Shown: piece by piece, positions 40,782 through 51,799 of the stretch
How positions within the stretch are numbered: the stretch's first letter is position 1
How the letters are laid out: every line of letters begins with the position of its first letter
Assembly: GCA_002269645.1 (NCBI GenBank)
Contig: NIVC01002878.1
Location: 1 to 64,000, forward strand
From: Macrostomum lignano
Taxonomy: Eukaryota
Length of the DNA: 64,000 nucleotides
Direction: 5' to 3'
Translations under genes and position numbers: made by a program
The notes under the pieces: generated by a model
What the model saw: the letters and a program-made list of their open reading frames with translations, nothing else
Told to the model about the DNA's origin: nothing
Databases searched by the model: none

Positions 40782-42862
40782 ACCACACAGGCGCTGTAGA
40801 AGATGAATCCTTGATATAGACTGCCTCTTCCGTTAAGCAGCTCCAAGAAGCTGTTTGTCCAAAACAATTGGATGGCGTTGTCCATAGACACTAGGACCGG
40901 GAAACTGCTTGTGCCTGTTCCCTTATTCTTTCGTGTGAAGAGTTGACGAATCATCTTTCGTTGAGTGATGAACGCTTGCAAGAAGTCGTTGATAGTCCAT
41001 CCAGGTGTTATCTCATCGAGTTGGATATCGGCGAATGGCGTGTACTTCGTTCTGTTGAACCGTATCTTCAGATCGTCCATATCGTACGTTTCATCGACAA
41101 TCACTTCTGGTTCTGTGATGTTCGCTGTCGTTCCTGTCGTTTTAATGACGTGTAGTGCATCGTCCAGTTGATAGTAGTTTGCTGCAGTGGTGCAAGGTCT
41201 TGGTATGGCGGTGCCAACGATGATGTTGTGTACCGTGTCCAAGAATCCTTGTATCCTTTTGCCTTCGTAGAATGCCTCAATTCTAGGCTTGTCGTAGCAA
41301 GTTGTTGAAGTGTTCGACGGCAAGATGTTGAAGTGCTGTATCGGCGTGCACTTGTATATCAGGAGATGTCCATATATCGGAATTGCCAGAACATCTCTCA
41401 TTCCAGTGATCTTGCGAAATGTCATCGTAGGGTTAACATAGTAGTTCTGTCTTGCGTAGTTCAAGTTGATTGCGTGCATTTTGCAAGTTAGCTGAACCAG
41501 TGATCGATGTAAGTGGTTTAGCTGGTTATGCAGGTTGTGATCCAGCGCAGTGATCTTTGCTGACAGTAGTCGGTTCGACACCAATCGTGGACGTTCTATG
41601 TCGCGTCGTTGCCTTTCTTGTTGTTGATACGTCCCGTTTATGATCGCCAGGAAGGTTCGTTTGTCGTCCTCCTTTACATAGACTGGTATTTCTTGCTCCG
41701 AAATGAATAGCGTCTTGTCCGTATCCTTACATTTGAGTTCCTGTTCGACCGGCTTCTTTTGAAACGTCAAGGCCAAGTCTCCTGCTTTTGTCAAAAACGT
41801 ATTCGACAGTAGTCCTCCTTCCACTGTGTGATACTTTTGAAGCTTGCAGTCAATTTCCGGCTCCACTTTCCATGCGAAAAAATATTGTCGTGACTTGTAC
41901 GGTTCCTCATAGTGGGAGTGTGCTCTGTGCACAATCTGCCATCGATTGTCTTGATGATATGTTGGACTCAGTGGTAGACTGTGTAGTTCTTCCTTCCGTA
42001 GAGTTGGTGTTGGACACCATCCTTCACTGTATCGACATTCGCTTAGTTGCAGCTGTAACGATTCCATTTTCTCGTACAGATTGTAGTAGAATGGTACATT
42101 CCTGATCAAGTAGCTGTTTCATGCCATATATTCTTTCCATTTTCCGAAGAAGTGAATGTATCGACCGTTGGCTGAATTCTTTGTTCTGAACAGCTGTGCG
42201 TTGCCGACCTTCTCATCTGGTTCCAGTTCACCATCCTTTGAAAATAGTGTTTGGTTCCATTGTAGGCATTCCGCGTGTGACACATGTAGCTCATGTTGTC
42301 GAAATCGGATCCAGTTCCATTGTCCGCGCCAAACTTTTTCCACTAGGTGCTTGTCTCTGAAGCACACTATTCCGTGTTGTCGGTGCTTCTTGATGTTAGC
42401 CTTGTAGAGATCGAGTGTAATCTTCTTTGGCTTCGTCTGGTTTGTCTTGAAGTAGCTGCATTTGATGTCGGTTGGTATCTTGTAGATCATCGGTTGGATA
42501 TGCGCATCCGTTAAACAAATCATTGGCTTTTCCGTTGCCGTTGCTTTGGCGACTACTGCTATCAGTAGTATCACGATGATCCAGAATAGCCAGTTTTTCC
42601 ACTTCTTGGACTTTGCCGTTGTCTTTGCTGGCATTGGCCGCGATTGCCATTCGTTATTTTCCATGTCCGCATCATATCCTTCCGGTTGTTCCATTGGCTG
42701 TTTCAGGCGGAAGGCTTCTGATTTGCTTTGCTCTTTGGTTATTTCAGTATTTTCGTCTGCAGCTTCTTCCGATGTTTCGGTTGTTTCGCTCCATTGCGTT
42801 TGGTATCTTTTCTCTGTCTTGTAGTCGACCGTTTGAATGTAGGCTTGGCCATTTCGCTTGTA
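40502..42862 (-). CDS. Envelope-like type I glycoprotein (class III / gB-like fusogen), in frame with gag, one internal TGA at 42119-42121
   Basis: Internal signal WLFWIIVILLIAVVAKA (~42592-42544); Cys-rich ectodomain with several N-x-S/T sequons; furin site RQRR (41614-41603); TM segment FIFYSACVVWIVTAIFIISSIV (~40800-40740). Confidence 0.85.
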
Positions 42863-44398
42863 TCATATCTCGTAGCATTCGTCGCTGTCGGAACTCAGCT
42901 TTTCTTTCATCCGTTCTTTTTCTATTTCTTCATCTTTCAATTGTATTTCGTAGCCTTGATCGCTGTCGGAACTTAGATATTCGGCTCTCCGTTCTTCCTG
43001 CATTCCTTCTTCGGCTGGGCAGTTGTTTGTGTCATTGCGCGTCTCACAGTCATGATCGTTGTTGTAACTCATACACTTTTCTTCTTCTTCCTGCCTTTCG
43101 TCATTCACTGTTGTCGTTTCATGGTTGTTTTCTCTGTCGGTCTTCATCTTTTCTTCGTTGCCGGTGTCGCTCTCTGCCTCCTCCCTCTTCTTGTGATTTA
43201 CTTTCTTCCTGTTTTCTCTGCTGTCTCCGGTGGTCTCTTTTGTTTCGATCATGTCGGTTTCATCTGTGTTGTCAGTGTTGTCCTTGTGCGTCGTCTTCTT
43301 TTCGATCAAGCTGATGTCAAGTTCCGGGACTGTGAAGTCCATTTCCAAGTCGTCGATTGTGAACACTTGCTGTTCATGCTGCTCATTTTCCGGTGTGTAC
43401 GTGATGGCATTCGCGTATCGTGGCATTGCTTGTGTCGGCTGTTTTTGTGTGTACCTGATGTTGCGTGGCCTGTAGCCATCATTTCTGAAGCGGCCGTTAT
43501 TTCCGAAGCGGCCATCATTTCCGGAGCGTCCATCATTTCCGAAGCGTCTCATGCCTTGTTGTGGGCGATTTTGATATTGCTGCCATGGTTTCTGCGGCTT
43601 TTGATTGTTGAATATCTGTCGCGGCTTGTAGTATCTTGTTGACCAATGAGGACAATTAATCTGATAATGTCCTTCTCGTCCGCAGTAGTAACATCTGGCT
43701 GAGGCTCGTTTATTTCGTCTTTTTTGTTCGGCGGTAGCAGCTGTCTGGTGCTGCATTAACTTGTTTAATTGCTGCGTCAGTTTCTGCACTTCATTGTTGC
43801 CTGTCGTCATTAATGGGGCACTGGCTTCCCACTGCATTCCGCACCGCAAAAGGTCTTCTTCGGTTTCGATATTTTCACGCAAAAGTCTATCCCGAAGTGA
43901 CGGCTGTGCGTTGTTTATTACGTGCAAGATGAGGTTTTGTTCGCGATCCATCAATCGCTGTCTTTCTCTGGCGGCCAATTCTGCCGCACCCAGTGGCGGT
44001 TGGTCCGCAGCTTGCAGCGGTGGCTGATGCAGTGCCTTAATTATCTGGCGGATATCGTCCACAAAGGCGAGGAAGGATTCCGTTGCTTGCATCCTTCTGT
44101 TATGTAACTTGTGCAGCAGCACTGATCTGTTTGTGCCGCAACGGTTGAAATTCGCGCACAGTTGAATGATTAGTGCTGGATAATTTTGCTGTGTTGCCGC
44201 ATCCAGCTTGCCGTAAATTTCTCGTGCAGTACCTTGGAGAAGAGGTGGCAGCAGCTGTGCCTTCTCTGGATTTTGTAGGTGGTATTCCCTACATACCAGG
44301 TCAAAATGGTCGACAAAGGTGTTAAAATCTTTCTCCATCGAGAAGGTACCGACCGTTTCTTTGATGTTTCTGTGTACCGTTGGATTGCGCCGCGCCAT
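42863..44398 (-). CDS. gag: Gag (capsid plus single CCHC knuckle) followed by an acidic low-complexity linker
   Basis: CYYCGREGHYQINC zinc knuckle; capsid-like FNTFVDHFDLVC...LLQGTAREIY. Confidence 0.9.
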   Translation of the reverse strand: MARRNPTVHRNIKETVGTFSMEKDFNTFVDHFDLVCREYHLQNPEKAQLLPPLLQGTAREIYGKLDAATQQNYPALIIQLCANFNRCGTNRSVLLHKLHNRRMQATESFLAFVDDIRQIIKALHQPPLQAADQPPLGAAELAARERQRLMDREQNLILHVINNAQPSLRDRLLRENIETEEDLLRCGMQWEASAPLMTTGNNEVQKLTQQLNKLMQHQTAATAEQKRRNKRASARCYYCGREGHYQINCPHWSTRYYKPRQIFNNQKPQKPWQQYQNRPQQGMRRFGNDGRSGNDGRFGNNGRFRNDGYRPRNIRYTQKQPTQAMPRYANAITYTPENEQHEQQVFTIDDLEMDFTVPELDISLIEKKTTHKDNTDNTDETDMIETKETTGDSRENRKKVNHKKREEAESDTGNEEKMKTDRENNHETTTVNDERQEEEEKCMSYNNDHDCETRNDTNNCPAEEGMQEERRAEYLSSDSDQGYEIQLKDEEIEKERMKEKLSSDSDECYEI

Positions 44399-45079
44399 GC
44401 TGTTGATAGGATAGAACGGTAGTTCAAGATCTGGATCGATTTGTAACGGATCGTCCAGTGTGGTGTTTGCCTCGGAATAAACCTCGACTGTAACGAATTG
44501 TATTGTGGCGTCGATCTGTTATTCGCTGGCCTCGAATGCGGACGTGTGGCTTGCTGCCACTGGTTGTCCTCAAATGAACTTGTTCTGTTCGCTTGCTGAT
44601 TTCGCACTTATGCGGCGTCCCGCAAAGTCTATCTTCAAGTTGTACTTGTCTTCTTGCTTTGCAAAGGCTTTTTTCTCTCTTTTGTCAATTAACTCCGCTC
44701 TCCACGAAGTTTCAATTAATTTCGGTTTTGTTTCAGTTTTGTGCCGACAAAAAGTTTCAGTTATTTTTTTGTTTGTTTTTAGCTTGCGTCGACAATTCTT
44801 TTATTTTCGGTTTGTTTTCAGTGTACCGACGAAGTTAATTTCAGTTTTGTTTTAAACTGACACTTGCTCGAGCTCGTTTAAACAAAATTTAACACGCGTG
44901 CTCACTGTACTCAAATTGACAGGTGCTCAAACCTGTACACCAAAATTTTACTCGAGTTTCAAAACGTACGGACTTCAAAAGTGTTAACTCTAACACGTGC
45001 GCGCAAAATTAATGAATTCGCTCTGTCGTCACTTTACAATAGCTTGATCAGGGCTATTGCTCAAAGTTTGAGTAGTGCC

Positions 45080-45097
45080 GAGAAAGCGAGATCACCA
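45080..45097 (-). promoter_or_regulatory. Primer binding site TGGTGATCTCGCTTTCTC
   Basis: Begins with TGG, 2 nt after the LTR end (...ACATCA AT TGG). Confidence 0.8.
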
Positions 45098-45099
45098 AT

Positions 45100-45951
45100 T
45101 GATGTGTTCCTTATTACCCGACTTTCGATAATCAAGGAACAATCACCTCTAGCTCAGTAGCTAGGCAACCCAGTAAGTCAACAGAAGGTATTCAATTACC
45201 TTGAGTCCTTATGAGATATCTCTTCAATGTTGATCTCGGGTAGATCTCGTCTGTAGTCTCTTCTGACTGTCGCTCGTAGGTCGGGTCCGAGTCTTCTTTT
45301 CTTCTTCAAATAGTTCAGGCCGGATTCTGTTGCTCGGACCAATGGGAAGCTTCCAAATTAACAATGGGATCCCTGCGCCAAACTGCGGTTTGAATTAAGC
45401 CTCCTTCTTCTAGCAGTGCCTCTGTGCACTCTAGGTATGGCTCCGGAAACCACTGATAGTCTCCTAAGATCTATCAGGGGCAGTCCTTCTGGAGACTGCA
45501 ACCAGTGGAGTCTAAACAGACTCAAGAGTCTCAACAGACTCAAATAAACTCAAGTCCCACTAGACTTGAGCGAGACGTCTCTAACACAAGGGGCGCAAAT
45601 AAGGAAGGCTTACCGCAACAACTCGACCGAGTCTCGATTGACTTGGTGATCAGGAAGTCCTCCTAAGGCTTCCTCTTCGGAGCTTCTCCTCTCGTCGGGA
45701 GTTGGCTCCTGGTCCGCTTCGGACCGCTTGTATTTATAGGCGACTTTTTTGATCCAAAATAGCAACATTACAATTCACGTGTTGCGCTAAAAGGGGAAAA
45801 TGGCTCATGGCGTATTTTTCTGGTAACATCTTTTCCTGGTAGCGTGATTCATTCAAAGCTTTAGGCGCACATGCGTGTACTTACTTACTTATAGTAGCAT
45901 TATACGATTATCTTCTTTTTACCTTTTTAACGGGAGGTAGAACACTCTACA
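45100..45951 (-). mobile_element. 5' LTR (852 bp) of the env-bearing element
   Basis: TGTAGAGT...ACATCA termini identical to the solo LTR ends; TATAAATA on the - strand at 45731-45738. Confidence 0.9.
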
Positions 45952-46981
45952 GCAGAATTCCATGATGCTGAACTGACCGGCTGGCTCGAAAGAATCGGTT
46001 GCCGCCCTATCAAGACCCCACCACTGCATCCTCAGTCGAACGGCATCGCGGAACGAATGGTTCAATCTATCAAGAAGGCCTCTCTAGGCCATGGGATCGT
46101 CGGGAAACGTACAAGAGCTTCCTGGCCAGGCTTCTACTAAACTACCGCTGCATCCCGCATGCCGGACGTCCGCACAGCCCATCGGAGCTGATGGGTCGGC
46201 AGCTGCGAAATCCCATTACCATGCGCACGCCGACCGGATCGGGCATCTGGTACGTCCCCGCCGCCGGACTGCCCCCTGAAAAGGCGGAGTTTCTTCTGCA
46301 GAAGGGCTCGAATACCGCCCTCATTCAACGAGGATCCGGGCGTCTCACATTGGCGCATCAGGATCAGATCCAACCGTTGATCAATCCCGAAGCGAGTCAA
46401 TCGAGCACAGAATAGGCAGAGAACAACGCCGCTGCTCCGTTACCAAGACATGACGGGGACGCTGCTGCTGGCCTGATCGGCGGCTCTGCTGAGCGGCACA
46501 ACGCGGACGGTGACGATGACGCGCACACTGAACAGGCAGCGGAGAGGCGCCGGATGTTGCGCTCGACCTGGCGTCGAACGCTGAACTCGACACGACACCG
46601 GAGCCACATCCGACTCACCCTGGTGGCACGTTAGGACGCTACCCATCGCGCTCGAATAAGGGAGTGCCCCCTCTACGATTCGGAGGGGGAATATGACGTG
46701 TTGGGAGGTTGTCACTGACTATTGACTGGCTAGCTATAAAACTGACTCACTTTGTGCCCTTCTCACCATGCCAAGCGTGCACCCCACCCATGCGTACGTC
46801 AATGCGTACATAGCGTACTTTCTACTCTAACTTTTATCAATAACTCAAATATCGTTTTATGCCACTTCGTATTTAAATAACGATATCCTTTTTTTCTTCG
46901 TAGTATATTTATTACTCAGCAAATATATCAGTTCGCTGCATTATTGTTCAAACTAAAACAAGTCTTGTCTGCGTCGCGTCA
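45952..46981 (+). mobile_element. 3' remnant of a second Gypsy element: integrase C-half, PPT and probable short 3' LTR (46694-~46981)
   Basis: AEFHDAEL...TPPLHPQSNGIAERMVQSIKK, then after a frameshift FLARLLLNYRCIPH...SPSELMGRQLR; PPT GGAGGGGGAA at ~46682; TGACGTG...CGCGTCA termini (LTR end uncertain). Confidence 0.8.
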
Positions 46982-47194
46982 CCCTTCACACCTAGATTTA
47001 TCAATATCGGGACAAATAATTTATAGTACGTTGTAAATGTATCTATAACTATTACTGAAATATTATATTACACAGTATTATAGTAAACAATAAATTTAAT
47101 AGAAATGTAAGTGTATTATTTTTATTTACAAGCTTGTGTATAAAAAACTTTAGTTTATTCCTTTATGTAGTTGCTCACGGCACATGCGTATCGA

Positions 47195-48860
47195 TTAGCA
47201 GCAGTGGCATGTGTAGTGGGCTTCAGGGATGTGGGCCATCCTCAGTGGAGCTCCAGCTGCTGACTGCGGTTTCATAACGATCGGCACAACTGCATCGGGC
47301 TGGTCACGGGCTCTTCCCTGATTGTTGGGTTCTCCAATAGGTAGTCGCGCTAGCCTGTCGCTGCAGTTGAAGGGCATCTGCCTTACCGCCTTCGGCCGTC
47401 AGCAGCTTCTCAACGCTCTCAAAGAAGCAGCTGCCCAGGTGAGCAACGTCTCCCAAATTAGCAGTCTATAGGCTTGCAGAGAATGACTTAAGGACGGCGA
47501 TGGCATCCACCTGCTCGTCTGCCAGCTTTTTTCGACGTATCCGCAGCTTGTCCTGGCAAACGACCTTCCGTGCTCGGGGTGCCTGCAACTGATTCCTTCG
47601 TCGTTGGTTTCGGTTTCGAAAATAAAATAAGGTTGATTTGCTGGTTAGGTTTGAGTGTGGGATCTCCTGGACGACTGGCTTCCGTCGTCGAATCAGTTTT
47701 GAGGCCTTGCGTCGGTGTCCAACTGCCAGCATGTCTCTGACCGCGGCACTGCAGGCGTCCCACACGGATGAGAACGGTGAGAAGTGTTCTGTTGAATTAC
47801 GAGTATTTAAAAGCGTGAGTATTGTGCAGCTAACTCATATAAATCTTGAAAGCTATAAAACTTATGACAAAATAGCAGACTTAAAGGGAGAATAGAAGGC
47901 ACGGGAAAAGATGAAGAGCAAATGATGAGACGAGAGATGAGAGGATAAGATCAGATCATGCAGAGGATGAGATGAGAGAGCAGTGGATGCAGAGGGTGAG
48001 ATGAGAGACCAGAGGATGATAGGGTACGGTGGACATGTGAGTTGGGTGATATGCAAAGAGAGGGATGCAGAGAAGGTAAGAAGACATTGATCGGAATGCA
48101 TATAATTGCTCAATTACTCATAACTAGCTATCTCGGCTTATAGGCCTACCTTTTGACTGGACTGAATCCGTCTCCATCCTCTCTCAGTCGGTCATGGGCT
48201 GAGTGTCACATGAGTCATCCATCATGCCCGTAGCTCTCGGACTGCTGGAAGTCGGATGAGTCGGGCTCACCTGTGGTGCGACAGAGGAGAGGGAGACACG
48301 TTCCTGTCAGCTATTCGAGCAGATCCTTCCACGGACGGTCGGAAGCTGTCACAGGACCTGTCTTGAGCTGCTGCAGCTTCTCAAAGCCCAGGACCCGCTC
48401 GAAGCAATGCTCGACGAAGCAGCTCATTGTTTGGCGAAGGCCAGCGCGTCCGGGTTTCGGGGATAGATGCCGGCCTTCCTGAATCCTGACTGGATGTTCT
48501 CCGCCGTTGATCTCTGCTGTGTGCGACATCACGGAAGAGACGCACGAACTGCAGCCTGCTGACTGTCTCGCTGACAGCCGCATGACGTGGTCGCTCGGCT
48601 AGGAGCTCACGCCAACCACCCTTCACTGATCGAAACACAGCCAAGTCTAGCGGCTGCATGACGTGGGTGGCATTGGGCACCAGGCCGTACAGCACGATCC
48701 GCTCTTCCCTCAGCAGCTCGAGAACTTCAATGGACAACCGGGACTCATGCAGGTCCGTGAAAAGAACAACCGACCGACGGATTTTCTCCTGTAGCAAAAA
48801 GGGAATGAAGGTTTTTCAATGAATTCTTGCAAAACGACTGCCATCATCCAGCCTGATGGA
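47195..48860 (-). mobile_element. Degenerate pogo/Fot1-like (DDE_1) transposase remnant, possibly with a C-terminal PHD-like Cys tail
   Basis: GWM...FIPFL...VVLFTDLHESR...LVPNATHVMQPLDLAVFRSVKGGW and KAGIYP; YTCHCC near 47200. The link of 47195-47770 to the transposase is inference. Confidence 0.7.
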
Positions 48861-48869
48861 GACACTGAA

Positions 48870-49085
48870 TAGCGGAGAACGAAGGAGAGCGGAAGGAGAG
48901 CGGAAGGAGCAGGGGGAGAGCGGAAGGAGCAGGGGGAGAGCGGAAGGAGAGCGGAAGGAGCAGGGGGAGAGCGGAAGGAGCAGGGGGAGAGCGGAAGGAG
49001 AGCGGAAGGAGCAGGGGGAGAGCGGAAGGAGAGCGGAAGGAGCAGGGGGAGAGCGGAAGGAGAATGGAAGGAGTGCGGAAGAAAT
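48870..49085. repeat. Purine-rich minisatellite (GGAGAGCGGAAGGAGCAGGG variants)
   Basis: Direct reading. Confidence 0.9.
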
Positions 49086-49312
49086 GGGCAGAAAGAAGAA
49101 GAAAGAACTCTTTTTTCTTATTTCTTTCTTTCTTTTTTCTAAGAAAGAAAACTTAACATTTTGTTAAAAGTATAACTATATGCAGTTTTATATTTAAGGA
49201 TTCATAAAAAATTTTTTATCGAAACAACAAAAGTTAAAATTGCCAAATAAAATTGATTATGATTCTATTTTTTATGCAATTATAGGTACTTACGTGACAA
49301 ATTTAGCAAAGG

Positions 49313-49478
49313 GGCCAAAATCATGCTCAAATGACCAAAAACACCCCGCTTACCCCCAACAAATCTAACAACATGTGAAACAATCCCAAAAGCAGGTAAA
49401 TTAATATATAAACCTCCGGATGACCAAAAAACAAAAAATATGTTGAAATAAAATTAGACCTAAGAAGGGACTCAAAAC
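49313..49478 (-). pseudogene. cox1: Nuclear mitochondrial fragment (NUMT) of cox1
   Basis: [28 protein letters not shown](AGA)FVGGKRGVFGHLSMILA with 1-nt deletions; AGA falls where Ser/Thr is expected, fitting an invertebrate mitochondrial code. Confidence 0.9.
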
Positions 49479-50735
49479 TCGGATTTATTGAGTAAGAAAT
49501 GTGGCGGGCTGACTGATGAAAGGTATAAGACAAACACGTAAAATACAGCTTAAAAAGTAAGTTAAAAGTCCAAGACTATATATGAATAAATCTAACAATG
49601 GATGCATTAATGAATGAGGAAACAAAATAATAAGAGGACAGCTATCCAAAAATTCCGAGAACCAGAGAACAGAATAGAACCTGGCAAAGCATTGATGGCA
49701 GCAACTGAGCAAACTCTGTAGGTGGATGAATCGGATGTTTTTGCCTCTTCTGTTGTGCTACAGGCCGGATCACTACCCTGATTATCACAGTGAACGAGCC
49801 GAAGATGGCGTCAGTCAACTGGCCGGATTGACTTCGGACTCTGAGCGGGGGATCGCGTCAGGAGACTTAATCAGCCCGTCCCTATTGCACAGATTAATTC
49901 CCACCAGTCCCTCAAATAAGAGACACGGGGTAACAGCGGTGGCGGCAGCAGGGGTGGCTTCTCTCAATGTTCTCTCTTCAGTCTATGGAATAGACAGGTA
50001 TCTAGGTTGCAGTATCAGACTTATGGCTGTGACTTGCACAATTAAACCAAGGAAAGAGATGCCTCTCCTACTGCCGCTCCTGCATATATTTATATTTGTA
50101 CTAGCTGGTTAAGCCCTGGGGTATCGCTACCCCAGGCCCAGCTAGCCAAAATTACGACCGTCTTATCCAACAAGGAAAAAGTTACAAGTCGGGGTCGCGA
50201 TTGGAGGGGAGAGGCAAAAAACCGATTGGCTGGACCACCAGCAAATTGCAGGGCGAGAGGGGGCGCACTGGGGCCGAAGCCAGCCAAAGCGGGCTGGCCT
50301 AACAGGCAGTGGGGTGATTGCAACTGGAGGGGGGTTGACGCAGACAGAATGGGGGGGGGGTTGACGCAGACAGATGGGGGTTTGACGCAAACTGAATGGG
50401 TGGTTGGCGCAGGCACGCGGCCGGGGGGGGGTGGAGTGCAGTGCCGGGCACACTTGACCGAGAGCCAGAGATTGCTCATCGGTGCAAGTGCACCTGGGCA
50501 CAACACTTCTTTTCGACCATTTTGACTCCCAGAAGCCAATGCAGTCTACAGGTCTCCAGATTCTCAACTTTACCATTGGCAATGTTAATTAGAGCAGTTA
50601 GACAATGCAGCTAAGCTAACCAGTGCTGACACTCCACATTGTCCGAAGGAAAGCGATCGATATACAGGTATTGGCATTATTGCAATTGCTTTTTGGATCA
50701 GACTCAATTCATGATAGGTTGATTGTCTTTTTGTC

Positions 50736-51799
50736 GGCTTCCAGTTCAGTTCGGCGACAAGCCAATTCAGCGAAAACCGATTCGGCGACAAGTCAGTTCG
50801 GCGACAGCCAATTGGGCAAATGCTAAAAGCTAAAGCATTAAGCTACTAGAACTCGTTGAATGTTAAATATCTATGCGTATACACTGCCATTCGCCCATGC
50901 CATTCAATATAGAAAAATTGTTTTAATAAAGCCAAATCGCACGTTTTCAAAAATGTGCATGTACTGCGTATGCTGGGGGATACGCATGGCCATGTATACC
51001 ATTTACCCACCTGACCCAAAATACTGGGCCTAAATACTTTGATGGTTATTTAGGATTATTATTATATTTTAGATTTACTACACACGTACCATTAGGGTTA
51101 ATATAATAATTCTTACGGTGTTAGAATTAGGTCACGTGGGTGTATCAATGCTTCGCGGCATTTGTCGAGAAAAAAATCGCCACTAAATTGCTACCAATCG
51201 CCAACGATTCACTGACGGCGACGGCTTTCTGCTGGGAGGGACGTTGTTGTTACTTGTTGCTTCTATCTCAACATTTGTATTGCTGAAATACGTTTGACAT
51301 TTAAAACAGGCAAAAAGCATAGTGCACGTTGTGACGAAGCGAGCAGTAGTCGTAGTGGGTTTTTTTAGTTTTAGCTGAGAATGTATAATTTATTTTTATT
51401 TAATTGACAGGATCGCTTTACAGACGAAGGAGTGGACTTCTGTAGCGGTCAAACACAGTAGTATGATGAAGGGCCTTCAGTTTAGCGCGTAATAGATGGA
51501 GTTTGATTGGTCCACAAGACAATGCTAGAGCCCGCGGCGAATGACAGACGGTAAAAAAGAGACACAATAATGACTTTCAAAATAATTCATTTTGAGATAC
51601 GATTAAAACAAACTTAAGTATCGATTACATTAGATATTAATATATCAGGTTAGTAAATCAAAATTACACTAAAAATCACAAATTTTATGCTTGAAAAATC
51701 CATACAGTATTTAAATGAATTTGACACCGTCACAACGTCGTCGAACTGATTTTGTCGACGAATTGACTGTCGCCGAGTCTACCTGGACGAACTGGTTCC
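50736..51799. mobile_element. Possible non-autonomous MULE-like element
   Basis: Imperfect TIR GGCTTCCAGTTC / GGAACCAGTTC with repeated TTCGGCGAC subterminal motifs; 9-bp flanks CTTTTTGTC and CATTTTGTG match at 7/9. Confidence 0.4.

Larger units (their letters stand above)
39647..45951 (-). mobile_element. Gypsy/Metaviridae-type LTR retroelement with gag-env-pol order; 3' part (RT core, RNase H, integrase, 3' LTR) missing
   Basis: 5' LTR 45951-45100, PBS, ~700-nt leader, Gag with CCHC knuckle, glycoprotein, aspartic protease, RT N-terminus. Confidence 0.9.

Noticed and set aside
42613-44855. Long + strand ORFs antisense to gag-env, and similar antisense ORFs over RTE, GALNT, Kv and APBA
   Set aside because: Shadow ORFs of the coding strand with no recognisable domains
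49327-49533. ORF with FFGHPEVY as a functional cox1 gene
   Set aside because: Only ~165 bp, frameshifted and embedded in nuclear sequence, so treated as a NUMT
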